Part shown: positions 9,153 to 18,108 of the stretch, one piece after another
Numbering within the stretch: the first letter of the stretch is position 1
Layout: each line of letters opens with the position of its first letter
Assembly: GCA_902785275.1 (NCBI GenBank)
Contig: CACZYB010000012.1
Location: 1-18,108, forward strand
DNA from: an uncultured Pseudomonadota bacterium
GTDB taxonomy: Bacteria; Pseudomonadota; Alphaproteobacteria; Rs-D84; CACZYB01
Direction of reading: 5' to 3'
Length of the DNA: 18,108 nucleotides
Notes under the pieces: model-generated
What the model saw: only the letters and a program-made list of their open reading frames with translations
Told to the model about the DNA's origin: nothing
Database searches by the model: none
Translations under genes and position numbers: made by a program

Positions 9153-9896
9153 TTACCTCACTTCTTTTACATTGCCATCATCATCAATTTCTAATATCAC
9201 AGAATATCCATTTACTTTATCTCGACAAGTATAGTTCATATTTACTTTTCCCATTATGCTAAGTCCGTAACCTTCACATGTAGTTTGAGAACTCCAACCA
9301 GGTAAAGATTGGGCGTAAGCATTAAGCAACATCATAGTATCTTTTGATTTAATATTTTGTTTTTGAATGCTATTTCCCAATTCTTTATTCATATCATCTA
9401 TACAAGCATTAATACTTTTAATATATTGTTCTGTGACAGTTATAGACATATCACTTAGATTGGTTTCAGCATATCTATGAATTGACTTTTGTCTTCTTTC
9501 ATAATTTTCTATAAAAGATAATTCTGAAAATTTAGGTAAATAACTTTCTTCTGGATGACATATCTTTTTACCAGATTCATAAGCTTTATTTTCTATATTT
9601 CTGTATTCTTGAATTCTAGTATCTAAATCTAAAAGTTTATAATAAAAAGTTTCAATTCGATAACATTTTTGGGCATTTTCAAATGTTAATTTAAAATTAT
9701 CTTCTGTTGATACATCACAAGTTAATGAAGGACAATATTCTTGTTTAAGAAACAAACAAGGTTCTAAAAAATCCTCAAAATTTCTTACAGTTTTTTGGTC
9801 TTTTACTTTAATAATAGCAGTTCTAGGTTCCGCCTTTACCATACCAGATATCCCTGTAATTAAGGTAGATACTAATAATATAGATTTTATTTTCAT
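9153..9896 (-). CDS. Secreted Cys-rich hypothetical protein
   Basis: 247 aa; signal peptide (MKIKSILLVSTLITGISGMVKA), 8 Cys, AAGGA RBS, ends 4 bp before paralog B starts. Confidence 0.8.
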   Translation of the reverse strand: MKIKSILLVSTLITGISGMVKAEPRTAIIKVKDQKTVRNFEDFLEPCLFLKQEYCPSLTCDVSTEDNFKLTFENAQKCYRIETFYYKLLDLDTRIQEYRNIENKAYESGKKICHPEESYLPKFSELSFIENYERRQKSIHRYAETNLSDMSITVTEQYIKSINACIDDMNKELGNSIQKQNIKSKDTMMLLNAYAQSLPGWSSQTTCEGYGLSIMGKVNMNYTCRDKVNGYSVILEIDDDGNVKEVR

Positions 9897-9924
9897 TTTT
9901 CATCCTTTTATTAGTTAATTAATT

Positions 9925-10746
9925 TTATTTATCTCTATTCATATCAATAAATTTCATCGCAAAATTTTCTCTTTTTCTTTTTTCTTTGATTTTATCTGTA
10001 GGGGAAACATCTTTTTCAAATCCGTAGATAGATTCCATAAAATTTGATTTTATATTTTCATGAGCATTAAACTTATGTTTTATCAAATTTGAAGAAAATT
10101 CTTCAAAAAATAACTCCTTACAAGTAAAGTAAAAACGTTCTCTGTTCCAATATTTATCAACTTTTTCAGTTTGTTCAAAAATATCATCTCTGAAAGCAGA
10201 CAAGACATCAGTAACAAATTTTTCATCTTTTCTTTTATTTAATTTGTTATATTGGTCCATAAAAGTTTTAAATGCTTCATTGAAATTTGAAACAACTTCT
10301 TTCTTAGCATCTGGTTTCATTATATTAAAAGCCCAACTTTTTATTTCTTCGAAACTATAACCAAGAATACGACCACAATATTCGCGAGTTAAATCTTTTT
10401 TATCTGTTCTTATATAGCAATTTTCTTTTTCATCATATTCAAAATTTACATTTTTATCTACTTTATTAATTATATGTTGAAAATATTTTATTTTTGCAAA
10501 ATTTACTTCTTTATCTTTCATTTCATTAAAATTTATATTTAATTTTTTATAATAATTAAAGGCATCATTAATTTTATCATTTAAAGCACGATTAAAAACA
10601 TATAACAAAGTGTTTGGAATGTTATAACTATCATCTGCTTTTTGATTTAGTATTGAAGTCAATTTCATAAATCCTTTTGCAAGATTGTCGTCGCCAATGT
10701 CTAAAATATCATCTGCTAAACGAAACATTTTATCTTTTTCAACCAT
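9925..10746 (-). CDS. Hypothetical protein (K/N/F/E-rich, no signal peptide)
   Basis: 273-codon ORF in very AT-rich DNA with an AAGGAG RBS; no motif recognised. Confidence 0.78.
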   Translation of the reverse strand: MVEKDKMFRLADDILDIGDDNLAKGFMKLTSILNQKADDSYNIPNTLLYVFNRALNDKINDAFNYYKKLNINFNEMKDKEVNFAKIKYFQHIINKVDKNVNFEYDEKENCYIRTDKKDLTREYCGRILGYSFEEIKSWAFNIMKPDAKKEVVSNFNEAFKTFMDQYNKLNKRKDEKFVTDVLSAFRDDIFEQTEKVDKYWNRERFYFTCKELFFEEFSSNLIKHKFNAHENIKSNFMESIYGFEKDVSPTDKIKEKRKRENFAMKFIDMNRDK

Positions 10747-10800
10747 TTTTTACTCCTTTTTTATAGTTATTCTTTCTAAAACTTTGGGTTATATATACAA

Positions 10801-10923
10801 AAACCAACGTCTATTTGATATAGTATTATTCTGAATTAGAAAAATCATAAAACATTAGAAATTTATTGCTTTAGATTGAAAAATGTGATATAATAATAAT
10901 ATATTAAATCTAGACGTTGGTTT
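10801..10923. repeat. 13-bp perfect inverted repeat enclosing 97 bp
   Basis: AAACCAACGTCTA (10801-10813) and TAGACGTTGGTTT (10911-10923), with imperfect extension on both sides. Confidence 0.85.
10866..10894 (+). promoter_or_regulatory. Sigma70-like promoter inside the inverted repeat, with no downstream plus-strand gene
   Basis: TTGCTT(10866-10871)-17 bp-TATAAT(10889-10894) with an extended -10 TG. Confidence 0.6.
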
Positions 10924-11052
10924 ATTTGATATATTCAAACACCAGAGAAGATAAGGTTTTCTAAAGTAAAATTTCTGTAAAATTCTATAAAAATCTCTAT
11001 AAAAATAATAAAAAATTAAAAATAATCTATAAGAAAATGATAAAAAGACAAT

Positions 11053-11078
11053 AAAAAAAAGGTCTTCCGAAGAAGACC
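11053..11078 (-). terminator. rRNA operon terminator
   Basis: Minus strand GGTCTTC-TTCG-GAAGACC-T8 (cUUCGg tetraloop) downstream of 5S. Confidence 0.9.
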
Positions 11079-11135
11079 CTTGAACTTTTGATTGTAAACT
11101 GTAAATATGTTGTGTATCGATAGTGTGCTTTGAAA

Positions 11136-11252
11136 ATACGGCAATAACCTACTCTCCCGTGCCTTAAGACAAAGTACCATCGGCTCGGAAGGGTTTCACT
11201 GTCTAGTTCGGGATGGAATAGAGTGTATCACCTTCCAATATCATCACCGTAT
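11136..11252 (-). rRNA. rrf: 5S rRNA
   Basis: CCATCCCGAAC, GCCGATGGTAC and GGGAGAGTAGG motifs with complementary ends; ends approximate. Confidence 0.95.
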
Positions 11253-11338
11253 TATCAAAGAACAGTATCTTTTATCTAGTCTAACTCAATTATGAAGTAC
11301 TCTTTCAAGTAGCAATCTAATTATCAAAACATATAACA

Positions 11339-14086
<2,748 letters not shown>

Positions 14087-14337
14087 GTTATATGTTTTGA
14101 AAATTAGATTTTCGAAACATATGTTCTCTACTTGAGAATACTTTCATAATTTTTATTACAAAAATATTTGCTAGACTAGATAAGATTATCAATGTCATTT
14201 TAACTTGTTTTTCAACAATGATTTCATTTAAGAATTCGGCTCAAAATAAAATCATATAATTAAAAGACTTAATTAATAATCTTTTTACACAACATATTCA
14301 CAATTTAAAATATCAAAAGCAATCACCCTTATTTATT

Positions 14338-14413
14338 TGGTGGAGGAGATGGGGATCGAACCCACGACCTCTTGAATGCAAATCAAGCGCTCTCCCAGCT
14401 GAGCTACACCCCC
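14338..14413 (-). tRNA. tRNA-Ala(TGC)
   Basis: 76-nt cloverleaf, anticodon arm CTTGA-TTTGCAT-TCAAG, G3:U70 identity pair, encoded CCA. Confidence 0.96.
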
Positions 14414-14438
14414 AAAATCAGTCAAAAACCAATCTTAA

Positions 14439-14515
14439 TGGTGGGCCTGGGTAGACTCGAACTACCGACCCCCGCCTTATCAGAGCGGTGCTCTAACCAA
14501 CTGAGCTACAAACCC
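14439..14515 (-). tRNA. tRNA-Ile(GAT)
   Basis: 77-nt cloverleaf, anticodon loop CTGATAA, encoded CCA, in the 16S-23S spacer. Confidence 0.96.
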
Positions 14516-14659
14516 AAACTTTTAAAATCAAAATCTAAGTTTGTATTTCTAGTAAAACCAGAATTAAAAAATTAAACTCTGATTCGATTTTTATTCATTA
14601 TAAGGGATGTATAGACGGCAGATAACCAGTACTCTTTAATTAAAAAGAGCGTTATCTTT

Positions 14660-16159
<1,500 letters not shown>

Positions 16160-16332
16160 AATAAAATTTTTAAGTCTTCATCCTGCACTACTATGTATAT
16201 ACTTAAAGAAAAAGTAACGGTTATAAAAACCAAATACCTTTTGCTTTTTCTGTCATTTTAAAATGTGCAGTGTCAGACAACTTTTGATAGCTATACTGCC
16301 GTCTACACATCCCTTAGATTGCTTATTCACTA

Positions 16333-16344
16333 TGTTAAAAATCA
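16333..16344 (-). promoter_or_regulatory. boxA-like antitermination element in the rRNA leader
   Basis: TGATTTTTAACA resembles boxA TGCTCTTTAACA. A related TGATATTTTAAA lies after tRNA-Ala, and both are followed by GTGAATA. Confidence 0.55.
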
Positions 16345-16383
16345 AATTTCATTTTACTTTTTGTATCATAAAAACAGGAAGTG

Positions 16384-16411
16384 ATTATAATACTTATTTT
16401 TCAAATGTCAA
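16384..16411 (-). promoter_or_regulatory. rRNA promoter, proximal (P2-like)
   Basis: Perfect TTGACA-16 bp-TATAAT with A-tract UP-like sequence upstream. Confidence 0.88.
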
Positions 16412-16545
16412 GAACAAAATTTAATTTTTTTAACTTTTTTTTTTAAATCTTATTCTTTCTAAACTTTTTGGGAGGTTGGAGGAGATTTGGAAGCCTTAAC
16501 TCAACTTGTTTCGTTTTCCATCCCTTCAACGTTCAAGTGAGTAGA

Positions 16546-16574
16546 AATATAACTATTATTTTTGAAAATGTCAA
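16546..16574 (-). promoter_or_regulatory. rRNA promoter, distal (P1-like)
   Basis: TTGACA-17 bp-TATATT with A tracts upstream; spacer sequence similar to that of the proximal promoter. Confidence 0.72.
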
Positions 16575-16755
16575 CACCTAAAATCAAATTTTTTCAAAAA
16601 ATTTTAATAAAATCCCAATACTTTTATTTATTATATTGATTTTACGTGTTTTTATTTTTTAATTTTTTTTGCATTTTTTTTAATATTTAGTGAAATTTTA
16701 AGAAATAGCACCTTATTTTTAATAAAAAATTGTTAAAATTTATTTTATTTTCATC

Positions 16756-17371
16756 GAATCATACAGAAAAGAATCTTAATTTTTACCAAAAATAGATCGA
16801 ATCAATGCGAGAATCATACATAAAAAATGTTCTATATTATATATATAAGGGTGTTTTATAGTTAAAATTAGTAAAAAAGAATCAGAAAAACAGATTCTTT
16901 TGCATAGAATTTTTTATATTTTTCACAGAATCTTTTAAAAAAGAATCTATTTTTAGGTATTTTTTAACCATAAAAGAGAAAAATTACATACGAATCACAT
17001 ATATAAATAATGTAAAAATACAAATTTGTTATCTAAATTATAACTATTTTAATAAAAAAAGAAAAAAGAATCATAAAAAAGAATCGAATCAAACCAGAAA
17101 TGAATCATAAAAATAATAAAATATTGGGAAAAAGAATCGAATTTTACCTATATTATATATATAAGAATCGAAAAAAATATCGAATCAGTTATAAAAACGA
17201 ATCTAAAATATAAAAATTTAATAGCGAATCAGTTAAATAATATAAACAAATCACAAAAAAACGAATCTGTTTTTATAAAAAAAATACTATTATATATATA
17301 AGTATATAACAAAAAACCCTTAGTCAAAGAACCAAGGGGTAAAAACGAATCGAAATTATAAGGAAAGAATC
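16756..17371 (+). repeat. Dense oriented GAATC (GANTC) motif cluster with three TATTATATATATAAG boxes
   Basis: Hand count: 20 GAATC plus 1 GATTC in 616 bp of non-coding DNA; TA boxes at 16835, 17151 and 17288. Confidence 0.85.
17311..17338 (-). terminator. Intrinsic terminator of the last gene
   Basis: Minus strand CCCTTGGT-tctttg-ACTAAGGG-T6, about 45 bp after the stop at 17382. Confidence 0.7.
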
Positions 17372-17381
17372 CATTAAAATT

Positions 17382-18107
17382 TTATTTTTGTATTCCATTT
17401 ACATCAAAATAGTATTCTTTATCACCATCTCTTACATAAGATTTTAAACTTTTTGTGTATGTAATAATAAATTTAGGTAAATATTCGAACACTTTTTCGT
17501 TCCATCTTATTAAAGGAGCTCCTTTTACATCAAATAGAACCAAATCCCCTTCTGGAGATGTGAACGGATGTCTTACAGAACCTTTTGCGTCGGTAAATAC
17601 TTTATATGTAGAAGGGAATCCAAATAATTTTACCTTTCTATCAAGTATATTAAATTCATCTTTAGTAGAATTACCTATACCTTGACCACATAACAAGATA
17701 TATTTACCACCAAGCTTTTTAACACCATTTTCCAAAACGAGTTTGGAGTTTTCATTACCTTTATAATAAGAGAAATCATCCATAACAAATAATGCAGGTT
17801 TATTTTTAGTAAATTCGGCTATACTAAATACTTGGCCTGAGATTGCTTGCATATCAAAGATTTTACCTTCTGCTGTCCACGCTTTTGCATTTTTATCATA
17901 AAAATACGATAAACAGAATTTACTTTCTTTGTATTTTTTATCTGTATCTATTGCCATAGAACAATATTTATTTCCAGAATCATCTGGTTTACACAAATCT
18001 GCACTTCCCTTTATATAACCAAGTTTTTCATTTGTGATTGAAGTAGATGTCGAATTTGTTGAAGAGTTTGATGATGTTGTTGTTACAGTGGTACCATTTT
18101 CTAATTT
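17382..18107 (-). CDS. Hypothetical protein, 3' part only (start lies beyond the right edge); Ser/Thr-rich linker followed by a globular C-terminal region
   Basis: Frame stays open upstream of 17996 to the edge: KLENGTTVTTTSSNSSTNSTSTSITNEKLGYIKGSADLCKPDD...; followed by a terminator. Confidence 0.8.
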   Translation of the reverse strand, partial: KLENGTTVTTTSSNSSTNSTSTSITNEKLGYIKGSADLCKPDDSGNKYCSMAIDTDKKYKESKFCLSYFYDKNAKAWTAEGKIFDMQAISGQVFSIAEFTKNKPALFVMDDFSYYKGNENSKLVLENGVKKLGGKYILLCGQGIGNSTKDEFNILDRKVKLFGFPSTYKVFTDAKGSVRHPFTSPEGDLVLFDVKGAPLIRWNEKVFEYLPKFIITYTKSLKSYVRDGDKEYYFDVNGIQK

Positions 18108-18108
18108 A

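Noticed and set aside
10801-10923. Inverted repeat as a MITE or IS remnant
   Set aside because: No clear target-site duplication, transposase fragment or second copy in the window; not fully excluded.
10968-11035. Degenerate AAAATnCTATA-like repeats
   Set aside because: Low-complexity AT-rich sequence with no consistent unit.
16756-17371. GAATC region as a CRISPR array, iteron set or confirmed oriC
   Set aside because: No constant-length repeat or spacer and no cas or rep genes. No perfect DnaA box (only a relaxed TTTTTCACA at 16919-16927) and no clean CtrA TTAA-N7-TTAA seen, so origin remains a hypothesis.

Overview
AT-rich bacterial chromosomal window, most likely from a divergent, anaerobic or fermentative alphaproteobacterium (inferred from 16S features, the tRNA-Ile/tRNA-Ala spacer and NifJ-type PFOR). 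In order: two tandem GalU-like nucleotidyltransferase paralogs (-, the first cut by the window edge); a rho-nifJ operon (+); a tail-to-tail pair of paralogous secreted Cys-bracketed Gly/Ala/Thr-rich proteins, the second ending a three-gene (-) operon of unknowns; a complete rRNA operon (-; 16S-tRNAIle-tRNAAla-23S-5S) with tandem promoters, processing stems and terminator; about 1 kb of AT-rich non-coding DNA; and the 3' part of an unknown gene (-). Most notable: (1) 21 GAWTC sites in 616 bp, 20 of them co-oriented, with three palindromic TA boxes, upstream of the rRNA promoters; (2) a near-consensus promoter enclosed by 13-bp inverted repeats and pointing away from the secreted-protein operon (candidate invertible switch); (3) the internally duplicated secreted paralog pair; (4) a compensatory U1404-A1497 pair in the 16S decoding helix. 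All functional interpretations are untested inference.
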